A stretch of 64,000 nt of DNA, from NCBI GenBank assembly GCA_019310535.1, contig JAFDED010000009.1, positions 65,621 through 129,620 on the forward strand, written 5' to 3'. A program made the position numbers and the translations under genes. Under the pieces are notes generated by a model that saw nothing but the letters and a program-made list of their open reading frames with translations, was not told where the DNA came from and did not search any database. The stretch is from Deltaproteobacteria bacterium (lineage in GTDB: Bacteria > Desulfobacterota > JAFDED01). Below are positions 8,737-17,497 of the stretch, piece by piece; within the stretch, counting starts at the first letter, position 1, and each line of letters starts with the position of its first letter.

Positions 8737-8885
8737 GACTATCCCGAGATGCCCGGGCGGTCCTGCCCGGGCGCACCCCTTTGGGCAAGAACGGTGAACG
8801 TCATGTCCCATGAAATTGCCCCCCCTGGTTGCATCCCTGTATTTTCCGCTGTTGGATGCCTGGAGAAATTCACAGAGGTAAGGCA

Positions 8886-9386
8886 ATGAAAAAGATCATG
8901 CGAATCCTCGAAAACGCCCAGGAATACCTGGCGGCGTTTATCATGTTTTCCCTGGTCGTGGTCGTGTTCATCCAGGTGATGATGCGCTACGTGGTCCGCG
9001 CCTCCCTGCCGTGGACCGAGGAGATGGCGCGGTACCTGTTCGTCTGGTTGATCTTCATCGGCACCAGCGTGTGCGTGAAAAGGCAGGCCCACCTGGGCAT
9101 CGATATCCTGGTGATTCACCTTCCGCCTAAAATACAGCGGCACCTCTCCACCTTCACGCTGGTTCTTTCCCTGGTATTCAGCATCGTGGTCGTACAGAAA
9201 GGGTATGAGCTGCTCACTCGATCCGGCGAACAGATATCCCCCATGCTTCATTTGCCCATGTCATATGTGTATATCATCATTCCGGCTTCTTATCTGATCA
9301 TATGTCTGGTGTTGCTCCGGCATATCTACGGATCGGTCAGGGCAAAGAGCCCCCGGCCGGAAGAAAGGCGGGAATCATGGAACTGA
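8886..9386 (+). CDS. dctQ: TRAP transporter small permease (DctQ family)
   Basis: Starts MKKIMRILENAQEYL. Four hydrophobic segments. Overlaps the dctM start by 10 nt. Confidence 0.8.
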   Translation: MKKIMRILENAQEYLAAFIMFSLVVVVFIQVMMRYVVRASLPWTEEMARYLFVWLIFIGTSVCVKRQAHLGIDILVIHLPPKIQRHLSTFTLVLSLVFSIVVVQKGYELLTRSGEQISPMLHLPMSYVYIIIPASYLIICLVLLRHIYGSVRAKSPRPEERRESWN

Positions 9387-10651
9387 TGATCCTGCTGATT
9401 CTTTTCGTCCTGTTCTTCATGAACGTGCCCATCGGCTTCGCCCTGGGAATGGCCTCGCTCATCGTGATGTGGGTCACTGATTTGCCGCTGATTACCATCT
9501 CTCAGAAGATGTTTTCGGGCGTGGACTCATTTCCCCTCATGGCGGTGCCGTTCTTCATCCTGGCGGGTGATCTGATGGACGCGGGGGGCATCTCGATCCG
9601 CATTGTAAGGTTCGCCGATACCCTCGTGGGACACATCCGGGGCGGTCTGGCCCACGTGGCCGTGATGGCCAGTATGTTCTTCGCCGGGATATCCGGTTCA
9701 TCCATCGCGGACACCGCGGCCGTGGGATCGATCCTGATCCCGGCCATGGAAAAAAGCAACTACGGCAAGGCGTACTCTGCATCGGTCTGTGCGGCCGCGG
9801 GCTCGGTGGGGTGCATCATACCGCCCAGCATCCCTATGGTGGTCTACGGGATCCTGGGCAACGTGTCCATCGCAGCCCTTTTCCTGGGCGGCATCATCCC
9901 CGGGCTGCTCATCGGCCTGTCGCTCATGATCCTGGCATACCTCATAGCCCGGGCCAGGGGTTTCGAGAGCGGGAAGTGGCGCGGTTTCGGTGAAATCTGG
10001 AAAGGTCTGAGACATGCCATCCTGGCGCTGATCATGCCGGGGATCATCGTCGGCGGGATAATGGGCGGGGTGTTCACCGCAACTGAATCAGGGGCCATTG
10101 CCGTGGTCTATGGACTGGCAGTGGGGCTGTTGGTCTTTCGGAAGATACGGTTGCGCGATCTTCCCCAGGTGTTCATCCGATCTTCCATTACCACGGGCAT
10201 GGTGATGATGATCATTTCAACAGCGTCCATATTCCGCTATCTGCTCACCATCGACCAGGTTCCGCAGAAAGTGGCGGAGATATTCCTGAGCATCACCAAC
10301 AACCCTTACGTCCTGTTTATGCTCATCAATGTGCTGCTGCTCGTCGTCGGCACCTTTATGGACACCCTGGGGGCGCTCATCATCCTGGCCCCCATCTTCC
10401 TGCCGGTGGTGACGGGGTTCGGTGTGGACCCCGTTCACTTCGGGGTAGTGGTGGTCATCAATCTGGCCATCGGCATGGCCACACCGCCCCTGGGGGTGTG
10501 CCTGTTCGTGGCGTGCAGCATTGCAAAGATCACGGTGAGTGAAATAACCCGTGCGGTCTGGCCTTTCCTGATCGTGCTGATCGTGGTCCTTTTCATGGTT
10601 ACTTACCTTCCCCCCACCACGCTCTGGATACCCCGGCTCGTGGGATTCTGA
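9377..10651 (+). CDS. dctM: TRAP transporter large permease (DctM family)
   Basis: MELMILLILFVLFFMNVPIGFALG start and polytopic sequence typical of DctM. Translationally coupled to dctQ. Confidence 0.9.
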   Translation: MELMILLILFVLFFMNVPIGFALGMASLIVMWVTDLPLITISQKMFSGVDSFPLMAVPFFILAGDLMDAGGISIRIVRFADTLVGHIRGGLAHVAVMASMFFAGISGSSIADTAAVGSILIPAMEKSNYGKAYSASVCAAAGSVGCIIPPSIPMVVYGILGNVSIAALFLGGIIPGLLIGLSLMILAYLIARARGFESGKWRGFGEIWKGLRHAILALIMPGIIVGGIMGGVFTATESGAIAVVYGLAVGLLVFRKIRLRDLPQVFIRSSITTGMVMMIISTASIFRYLLTIDQVPQKVAEIFLSITNNPYVLFMLINVLLLVVGTFMDTLGALIILAPIFLPVVTGFGVDPVHFGVVVVINLAIGMATPPLGVCLFVACSIAKITVSEITRAVWPFLIVLIVVLFMVTYLPPTTLWIPRLVGF

Positions 10652-10672
10652 CCCTTACAGGAGAAAACGAAC

Positions 10673-10861
10673 ATGGCGAATGATGCTGCGAAAAAGCAAT
10701 TCACGAGGCTCACCCTGCGGTTCACCGATCTCGCGGTTCCGGAGGGCAAAAAGGCGGAATTTGAAAAAGCCGCCGAGGAAATGGCGGATATGGCTGATTC
10801 CTTCGGATACCTCGATCCCCTGGACGAGGAACTCTCCGTGATCTTCAACCCGGAGGGCTGA
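10673..10861 (+). CDS. Small acidic protein, possibly a GatC/AtzG-like amidase partner subunit
   Basis: 62 aa, sited immediately upstream of an amidase-signature gene. The pattern LTLRFTDLAVPEGKKAEFEKAAEEMADMADSF..LDPLDEEL loosely resembles the GatC helix-loop pattern. Inference only. Confidence 0.4.
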   Translation: MANDAAKKQFTRLTLRFTDLAVPEGKKAEFEKAAEEMADMADSFGYLDPLDEELSVIFNPEG

Positions 10862-10868
10862 AGGAACG

Positions 10869-10894
10869 CAGGGGCGCATCGCGATGCACCCCTG
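10869..10894. repeat. GC-rich palindrome, TCGCGA-centred family (CAGGGGCGCATCGCGATGCACCCCTG)
   Basis: Nearly perfect palindrome. Related copies at 43704-43725, 45920-45944, 47175-47212 and 59575-59598. Confidence 0.8.
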
Positions 10895-10895
10895 T

Positions 10896-10946
10896 AAAAT
10901 CCCCCATCACCTCCCCCTTTATGAAAGGGGGGCCGGGGGGGATTTT
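10896..10946. repeat. C/G-tract palindromic element (AAAATCCCCC...CCCCCTTTATGAAAGGGGGG...GGGGGGGATTTT)
   Basis: Nested inverted repeats seen directly in the intergenic region between the 62-aa ORF and the amidase gene. Confidence 0.7.
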
Positions 10947-11016
10947 CCTGCTCCGCGGGCGCGGCCCCTGGATGGCATTGAGGAGAATTTCCGAATTTTA
11001 CTAAGGGAGATACATT

Positions 11017-12432
11017 ATGGCGAAGCTGGATACGAGAACGACGACTATTTCAAGCCTTTCGGAACTCATCAGGAAAAAAGAACTATCCCCGGTGGAGGTG
11101 ATTGAGGCTTTTCTCGAGCGCATCGAGGCTGTTCAGCCGAAGATCAACGCCTTCATCACCATACTGGAAAAGGAGGCACGGCAGGCGGCCAGGGCAGCCG
11201 AAGAGGAGATCGTCAGAGGGCGTTACCGGAGTCCCCTTCACGGCATCCCCCTGGCGCCGAAGGACCTGTTCTTTACCGCAGGGGTGAAAACCACCTGCGG
11301 CTCCCGTATACTGGCCGACTTCATCCCTGATCGAAATGCAACGGTCGTCTCCCGTCTGGTGGATGCGGGCGCAATACTCATCGGGAAAACCAACATGCAT
11401 GAGTTCGCGTTCGGGCCCACAAGTCTGAACAACCATTACGGACACCCGGGAAACCCCTGGAGCCCGGGACGCATGACCGGGGGGTCCAGCGGAGGATCAG
11501 CGGCCGCCCTGGCCGGTTCGTGCGCTCTGTTGACTCTGGGCACCGACACGGGAGGCTCGATCCGCATCCCTGCGGCGCTGTGCGGCATCGTGGGCATCAA
11601 GCCCACCTTCGGCCGCGTGAGCAAGTACGGCGTCTATCCGCTGTGCTGGTCCCTGGATCATCCGGGCCCCATGACCCGCTCCGTGTCCGATGTGGCTATC
11701 GCCCTGGGCGTCATGGCCGGCCGCGACCCGAAGGACCCCTGCACCCGGGATGTGCCCGTACCCGATTACCTCGCCTCCCTGACCGGGGATATCAAGGGCG
11801 TCCGCGTGGGAGTGCCCGACACGTTTTACTTCGAGCAGATCGACCCCGAGGTGAAGGCCGTAGTGGAGAAGGCCGTCAACGCCCTGAAAGACCTGGGCGC
11901 CGAGGTCATGCCCGTGCACATACCGGACCTGCACAAGGCCGCGGCCGCGACTCTCATCATTCTTTCAACCGAAGCGGCCGCCTGCCTGGAGAAGTTCCAT
12001 CGCACCCGCCCCAACGACATCGGGGACGATGTCAGGGCCAGGCTCGATGCCGGCGCCCTTCACCTGGCGACCAATTACGTCAAGGCCCAGCGCTTCAGGC
12101 GCAGGGTTCAGGAAAACTTCGCCCGCGTCTTCATGCGTGTGGACGTGCTGGCTACCCCCGGGGTGAGCATTACCGCACCAGGGTTCGAGGAGTCCTCGGT
12201 GCGGCTTGACGGGAAGGATGTGCCCGTGATTATTGCACTGCCTTACTGCACCCGTATCTATAATCTCATAGGGCTGCCTTCCGTGTCCATCCCCGTGGGT
12301 TTCTCCGGGGCGGGCCTTCCCATCGGCATGCAGATAGCCGGCAGGCCTTTCAATGAAGAGATGATCCTGAGGGTGGCCCATGCTTACGAGCGCGACATAT
12401 ATCAAGCACCCCCGTGGCCGGCCCTGACATGA
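11017..12432 (+). CDS. Amidase (amidase-signature family, GatA-like)
   Basis: 471 aa. Carries the AS signature GGSSGGSAAALA...GTDTGGSIRIPAALCGIVGIKPTFGRVS. Confidence 0.9.
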   Translation: MAKLDTRTTTISSLSELIRKKELSPVEVIEAFLERIEAVQPKINAFITILEKEARQAARAAEEEIVRGRYRSPLHGIPLAPKDLFFTAGVKTTCGSRILADFIPDRNATVVSRLVDAGAILIGKTNMHEFAFGPTSLNNHYGHPGNPWSPGRMTGGSSGGSAAALAGSCALLTLGTDTGGSIRIPAALCGIVGIKPTFGRVSKYGVYPLCWSLDHPGPMTRSVSDVAIALGVMAGRDPKDPCTRDVPVPDYLASLTGDIKGVRVGVPDTFYFEQIDPEVKAVVEKAVNALKDLGAEVMPVHIPDLHKAAAATLIILSTEAAACLEKFHRTRPNDIGDDVRARLDAGALHLATNYVKAQRFRRRVQENFARVFMRVDVLATPGVSITAPGFEESSVRLDGKDVPVIIALPYCTRIYNLIGLPSVSIPVGFSGAGLPIGMQIAGRPFNEEMILRVAHAYERDIYQAPPWPALT

Positions 12433-12589
12433 GCGCCCTGTCTTTCGGAAGCCGGCCCCTGTTTTATTGCTTGATACGAAGGTGGGGTCAAATAAGTAAG
12501 ATAATTCGAGGAATTATGCAGAGCGGGGTTTGCAATCCAGGAAAATTCCTTGCTATGACCTGGGTTACTGAATTGAACGCACCCTGGTA

Positions 12590-13528
12590 TCAGCCGGCCC
12601 CAACCGCCGCGACCATTTTTCGGAGTCCCTGTTCGATGGTGGTTGTGGGGCGGTAGCCCAGCCGGCGGCGGGCGCGGGAGATGTCCGCCCAGGTATCCCG
12701 CGCATCCCCCCTCTGGCCCTCCTCATGGCGCACGGCGGGTGTCGCTCCCATCATCCCTCCCATTATTTCCACCGCCTCCAGCAGCGAGATGCGGGAGCCT
12801 CCGCCGATGTTGAGCACCTCTCCCGAAAGACCCCGCTCCATGCTCAGAAGGTTGGCCTCCACCACGTCATCCACGTACGTGAAGTCCCGGGTCTGCCGCC
12901 CGTCGCCGTATATCACCACCTCCCGGCCTGCCCTGATGGCCCGGATGAACCGGCTGAAGGCCATGTCCGGCCGCTGCCGGGGACCGTACACGGTGAAGTA
13001 GCGCAGGGCCACCACCGGCACGCCGTGGCTGCGGGCATAGAGCATGCACAGGTGCTCGGCCGCCAGCTTGGTCACCCCGTAGGGGGATATGGGCCCGGGA
13101 AGCGCTCCCTCGTCGGCGGGAAGCCGCGGGCAATCCCCGTACACCGAGGAGGAAGAGGCGAATATGAACCGCCCCACACCCCGCCGCGCGGCCGCCTCCA
13201 GCAGCCTCTGGGTGGCCAGCACGTTGTTGCGCACGTACCGGTCGAACTGCTCCCCCCAACTGCTGCGCACCCCGGGCTGGGCCGCCTGGTGAAAAATCAC
13301 CTCCACCCCTTCCAGCACCTCATCCATGTCCGCACGACACAGATCAGCCTCCAGGAACCGAAACCCCGGATGCCCCAGGCAGCCGGAGAGGTTCTCCTCC
13401 TTCACCCGGCGAGGGTAGAAGCCGTCAAAGCAGTCCACCCCCACCACCTCCCGGCCCATCTCCAGCAGCCGTTCGCTCAGGTGTGAGCCGATGAACCCGG
13501 CGCAGCCGGTAACCAGTGCCCCCTTCAC
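12590..13528 (-). CDS. NAD-dependent epimerase/dehydratase (UDP-glucuronate 4-epimerase-like extended SDR)
   Basis: Motifs GCAGFIGSHL, YGVTK and RYFTVYGPRQRPDMAFSRF. I propose a GTG start at 13528, just after GGGAGG and 1 nt after the stop of the upstream ugd relic. The track ORF extends to 13627. Confidence 0.75.
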   Translation of the reverse strand: MKGALVTGCAGFIGSHLSERLLEMGREVVGVDCFDGFYPRRVKEENLSGCLGHPGFRFLEADLCRADMDEVLEGVEVIFHQAAQPGVRSSWGEQFDRYVRNNVLATQRLLEAAARRGVGRFIFASSSSVYGDCPRLPADEGALPGPISPYGVTKLAAEHLCMLYARSHGVPVVALRYFTVYGPRQRPDMAFSRFIRAIRAGREVVIYGDGRQTRDFTYVDDVVEANLLSMERGLSGEVLNIGGGSRISLLEAVEIMGGMMGATPAVRHEEGQRGDARDTWADISRARRRLGYRPTTTIEQGLRKMVAAVGAG

Positions 13529-13529
13529 C

Positions 13530-13733
13530 CTACCTCCCCACGGAGACGTACTCAAAGCCCGCGGCCCGGAAGTCGTCGGTGTTGGGCTTGAAGGCCAGCC
13601 CCAGCACACCGATGCTCTTGCCCTCACAACCCCCCAGCGCCGCCTTGATCTTCTCCGCCTGCACCAACGGCTGCCGCCGGTTGACCTCGATGACCGACCG
13701 GACGATCCTGAACTCGTAGCCCCAGATGTTCAT
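13530..13733 (-). pseudogene. Internal fragment of UDP-glucose 6-dehydrogenase (ugd relic)
   Basis: The 67-aa ORF contains EVNRRQP...GKSIGVLGLAFKPNTDD, characteristic of the central/C-terminal junction of UDP-glucose/GDP-mannose dehydrogenases. The N-terminal Rossmann domain and the C-terminal about 100 aa are absent. Confidence 0.6.
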
Positions 13734-13788
13734 GTTGTCTCCTGGATCCCATATTATTAAATAGCACCTATCTGTTATTCGTCATCAT

Positions 13789-14985
13789 TTATTGTTTAGA
13801 CATATTGAAAAATTGTACTTTTCGTATACTCCCATCCCACCTTATGTCGGGCACCAAGGCATATCTCCTGGCCTCAATCCTTCCGCGGTACTTTATCAGA
13901 TCCCTTATCATGATCTTCATCTCAGCCTCTATGTCGTGGGTGGGTGTGTACCCTAAATCCAGCAGGTGCTGATGATCAGGGTTATAGTAATGTTCCTCCA
14001 TCTCAATGCGCGGATTCTCTGTGTTGCGCACCTCGACCTCCAGCCCCAGTGATTCCCCTACATTCTTAACCTTCTGCGCAAGCTCAGTGATGTCATAAAC
14101 CTCCTCAAATTGATTGAAGACACGGTACTCGCCGCGTTCCGGCGGATTCTCAATTGCCAGAGTAAGGCACTGCATACTATCCCGCAGGGGTAGAAATCCC
14201 CGGCGCTGGTGTCCCTTGCCAAAGGGAGAGAGGGGATGTCCGATGACAGCCATGCAGCAGTAACGATTGATGACCGTACCGAAGCACTGGTCGAAATCAA
14301 GTCGAGTGAACAGCCGCTCGTCGTCTCCCATCTCGTCTATGCGAGTGCCGAAGACAACGCCCTGCATTATGTCCGTGGAGCGAAGGCCCCAAAACTTGCA
14401 GGCCATCATAATGTTGTGGCTATCGTGCACTTTGGTCTGGTGGTACCAGCTCCCTGCCTGGCGGGGGAAAGGGAGATAATCCTTGCGGCCCCGGTAATCG
14501 ATCTCGAAGAATCCCTCCGGAATATCAATGTTGGGAGTGCCGTATTCACCCATGGTGCCCAACTTTACCATGTGTGCATAAGGGCAGACATCCCGCATAG
14601 CGTGAAGCATGTTCAGCGTGGTAACCAGGTTGTTTGTCTGAGTGAACACGCAGTGATGCACGTCGATCATGCTATAAGGGGCAGAGGGCATTTCCGCGAG
14701 ATGGACGATAGCCTCGGGCTGGAAAGATCTGAATAGGTTCAGCACAAAATTGTAGTCCATTAGATCTCCACGGCGGAAGTCCAGGTTTGTTTCGAAGCGG
14801 TCCCGAAAGGCCTCCAGCCGCTCGGTCATCCTACGGATGGGTAGGGCAGACTGGGATCCCATCTCCGCCACCCAGTCCCGTCGTAAATACGCATCAGCTC
14901 CTGCCACCTCGTGGCCCCGGGCCGTCAGGTACATGCCAAGAGTCCACCCTAGATATCCATCAACCCCAGCAATGAAAACGCGCAT
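13789..14985 (-). CDS. sqdB: UDP-sulfoquinovose synthase (SQD1/SqdB/Agl3 family)
   Basis: 398 aa, collinear with my recollection of plant SQD1. Shared motifs: GVDGYLGW, SAPYSMID, KLGTMGEYGTPNIDIPEG, YHQTKVHDSHNI, MQGVVFG, GKGHQRRGFL, RVFNQF, NPRIEMEEHYYNP. Confidence 0.85.
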   Translation of the reverse strand: MRVFIAGVDGYLGWTLGMYLTARGHEVAGADAYLRRDWVAEMGSQSALPIRRMTERLEAFRDRFETNLDFRRGDLMDYNFVLNLFRSFQPEAIVHLAEMPSAPYSMIDVHHCVFTQTNNLVTTLNMLHAMRDVCPYAHMVKLGTMGEYGTPNIDIPEGFFEIDYRGRKDYLPFPRQAGSWYHQTKVHDSHNIMMACKFWGLRSTDIMQGVVFGTRIDEMGDDERLFTRLDFDQCFGTVINRYCCMAVIGHPLSPFGKGHQRRGFLPLRDSMQCLTLAIENPPERGEYRVFNQFEEVYDITELAQKVKNVGESLGLEVEVRNTENPRIEMEEHYYNPDHQHLLDLGYTPTHDIEAEMKIMIRDLIKYRGRIEARRYALVPDIRWDGSIRKVQFFNMSKQ

Positions 14986-15254
14986 TGATTCAACTCCTTT
15001 CTTAATGAATCGTTCATATTGTCAAGTAAACAGCCACGGCATTTCAGTTTTGAGCTACAGTCCATTTTTTTGTCCAAATTCAGGCCCTTTGCCTCTACCT
15101 TCTCTTTATTACATTGTTAAAACCCGTGTACATATTTTAGAACATAATATTTAAGGTTCGACGCAATCCATGTGCATAACAGTCCAGAGGATACCGCTTT
15201 TTACAGATTTTACTAAAAATGCCAAGAAATTGAGAAATCATTGTGATTCCTACA

Positions 15255-17453
15255 CTATTGATATGAATTGTACTTAGCTACAGGAACTGATATGACAATT
15301 TGATTATTACTGTTAATATGAACTGTTTTAGGTTTGCCCAAAGTGACGGGGACTCTGTTGTTTCCTTTTCTATAGAGCGAAAAATAAACCTGGAAACGTG
15401 GAAATACTGCAATATGCGGACGGATCCGCCAATCACCCCATAAACGGCTTACGGGGGCTGTGCTGAGATATTGCGCTACGATGTATTTATCAATAGGCCA
15501 TTTGTTCACTGGCAGCTCACCGTTTATCAATATGTTTTGTATATAAGAAACACCCTGCCCTTTATATGCACAGACTAATCCAAATTTAACATCATTAGGA
15601 TCGTATTTCCATGGCTCCAGTAATTTCCAATACAACTTAACAAGAAGACCATCCTGAACTATTGGAACTTTGACCAATTCGATGCTATGAAGCTTTAAAA
15701 AACCATCAAATACGGCGTCAACGGGAATGATGAAGCTCGACTTTGGAATTTCGTCAAGAAAATTATATCTGGGAGGAAAGGGAAGTACGACCCTCTTTTT
15801 GGCACCATCGCTTCCTGCAAGATGACGATATGTTGTCTTGCCGTCTGTAGCAGTCAATTCCAGTTCGGTAACTCTATGCACATTTTGCCCATCGTAAGTA
15901 AATATTGATAAGTTTTCAAAATCATCAAAAATCAGCCGCTTTTTCTTATAAAAATGCTCAGGCAATGGCTGGTTGATGTAGAAATATCCATTTTTAAATC
16001 TAGAGGGATACCTTAGTAGAGCAAATTTGTTAGTGTCAGCGAAGAAATAAAGACTGGCTTGGAAATCCCTTCTTCCAAACATTTTCCACATGTCCGGTTC
16101 GAATGCATACTTGGCTCCCCATAAAAAAGCTCTAACACCTTCCCCGATCTGTTGTGGGGCGCCGAGAAGAACAATATAGCGGGTATGCCCCAACTGGGGC
16201 ATATACTCGCGTATTTGTGCTCTTATCTTCTTCTGTTTATCCCACGATATTGCGTACGTCTCTCCAGCCACCTGATGGCTCATCATTGAGAAAAAGAAAA
16301 ATATGCCGGACATAAGCCCCAGCACAACCCCAGAGCCAAAGCGCCACCATCGGTTTTTTATGATGTAAATCGGAAACAGCACAATCAGAGATAAAACAAT
16401 ACTTACACCAAGGAATGGATGATAATTGTGGTGGTCATTAAATCCTCTGGTTGTCATAACAAAAGGAAAATAAAATAAACCGCTTACAATGCCACCGATG
16501 ATTAAAACAAATAAATATCTTTTCCATTGCACCCTGACCGGATCCCGGGTGAGAGCATACAACAGAACACCCCCCAGAATAATAACCGTCATAAAAACTC
16601 CGGAGAGAATAAACCATAATGGAAAATCATTTGTTCTTTCAATGGCATTTGCCAGATTATTTCTAATCCAGTAACCGAAAAGGTACCTAAAAAATTCGTT
16701 GAAGTTCCAATACGCTTGCGAGCTGAAAGGAACAACTCTATTATCGGGAGTTTTAAGCAATAATTTATATACTATAAATGGAATGGTAAGCATCAGATAC
16801 AAACATCCAGCATTAAATATTCTTCTTAACCAATGCCCGCGCGTAATGATAACGCCGGTAAAATAGAAGAGTGCTGCCATTGGAATAAAAACTTCGTACC
16901 ACCCTAAAATTAAAATGTATAAAATCAAAGAAAAAGCCAAATAAATTTTTTTCTTATTAAACAGGTAATCAAGAAACATCCAAATGGACATCAACAAAAG
17001 AAATACGTTTACCTGTCGGCCAAAAGAACCGGCAATCTTAAACATTGCCCTGTCCCGTATGGGATAGAGAAGAAAAATCAGAGCGGCCAAGAAAGCAACT
17101 CCTCGAAGTCCAGTATATTTCATAACCATTAAAAAAACGACGGCGGCGCTTAAAAAGTGAAAAACAAAGATCTCCGAATAATACATCCATGGTCGATCAC
17201 CGTAAAAATGGCGCTGGAGAGCCTCATGTATGGTTGCTGTTGGGAGTAAACGTCCGATCGCTCCCATAACATCGAAATGAAGACAAATGTCCTCTATTAG
17301 GTTTTTTCCGAGCATCCAACCGAAAAGCTGGTTATGTTCGTCACCATAATAGCCCAAGTACGGAATAAAAATGCCAAACGCCAATACCGTGTAAACGAGT
17401 AGTATTAAAAAAATCGCAATGTCTATTTTTTTGAGATCTGTATTAAACTTCAT
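15255..17453 (-). CDS. Polytopic membrane protein, GT-C-like glycosyltransferase candidate (PMT_2/ArnT-like)
   Basis: 732 aa with at least 10 hydrophobic segments. Acidic YGDEHN motif in the first predicted loop. About 300-aa soluble C-terminus with an LYWKLLEPW...NKWP pattern like the C-termini of ArnT/PMT-type proteins. Very AT-rich. Confidence 0.5.
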   Translation of the reverse strand: MKFNTDLKKIDIAIFLILLVYTVLAFGIFIPYLGYYGDEHNQLFGWMLGKNLIEDICLHFDVMGAIGRLLPTATIHEALQRHFYGDRPWMYYSEIFVFHFLSAAVVFLMVMKYTGLRGVAFLAALIFLLYPIRDRAMFKIAGSFGRQVNVFLLLMSIWMFLDYLFNKKKIYLAFSLILYILILGWYEVFIPMAALFYFTGVIITRGHWLRRIFNAGCLYLMLTIPFIVYKLLLKTPDNRVVPFSSQAYWNFNEFFRYLFGYWIRNNLANAIERTNDFPLWFILSGVFMTVIILGGVLLYALTRDPVRVQWKRYLFVLIIGGIVSGLFYFPFVMTTRGFNDHHNYHPFLGVSIVLSLIVLFPIYIIKNRWWRFGSGVVLGLMSGIFFFFSMMSHQVAGETYAISWDKQKKIRAQIREYMPQLGHTRYIVLLGAPQQIGEGVRAFLWGAKYAFEPDMWKMFGRRDFQASLYFFADTNKFALLRYPSRFKNGYFYINQPLPEHFYKKKRLIFDDFENLSIFTYDGQNVHRVTELELTATDGKTTYRHLAGSDGAKKRVVLPFPPRYNFLDEIPKSSFIIPVDAVFDGFLKLHSIELVKVPIVQDGLLVKLYWKLLEPWKYDPNDVKFGLVCAYKGQGVSYIQNILINGELPVNKWPIDKYIVAQYLSTAPVSRLWGDWRIRPHIAVFPRFQVYFSLYRKGNNRVPVTLGKPKTVHINSNNQIVISVPVAKYNSYQ

Positions 17454-17497
17454 AATTCTCCAATCCTTTACGCAATGTGCAATGTTTGATTAGAAGA

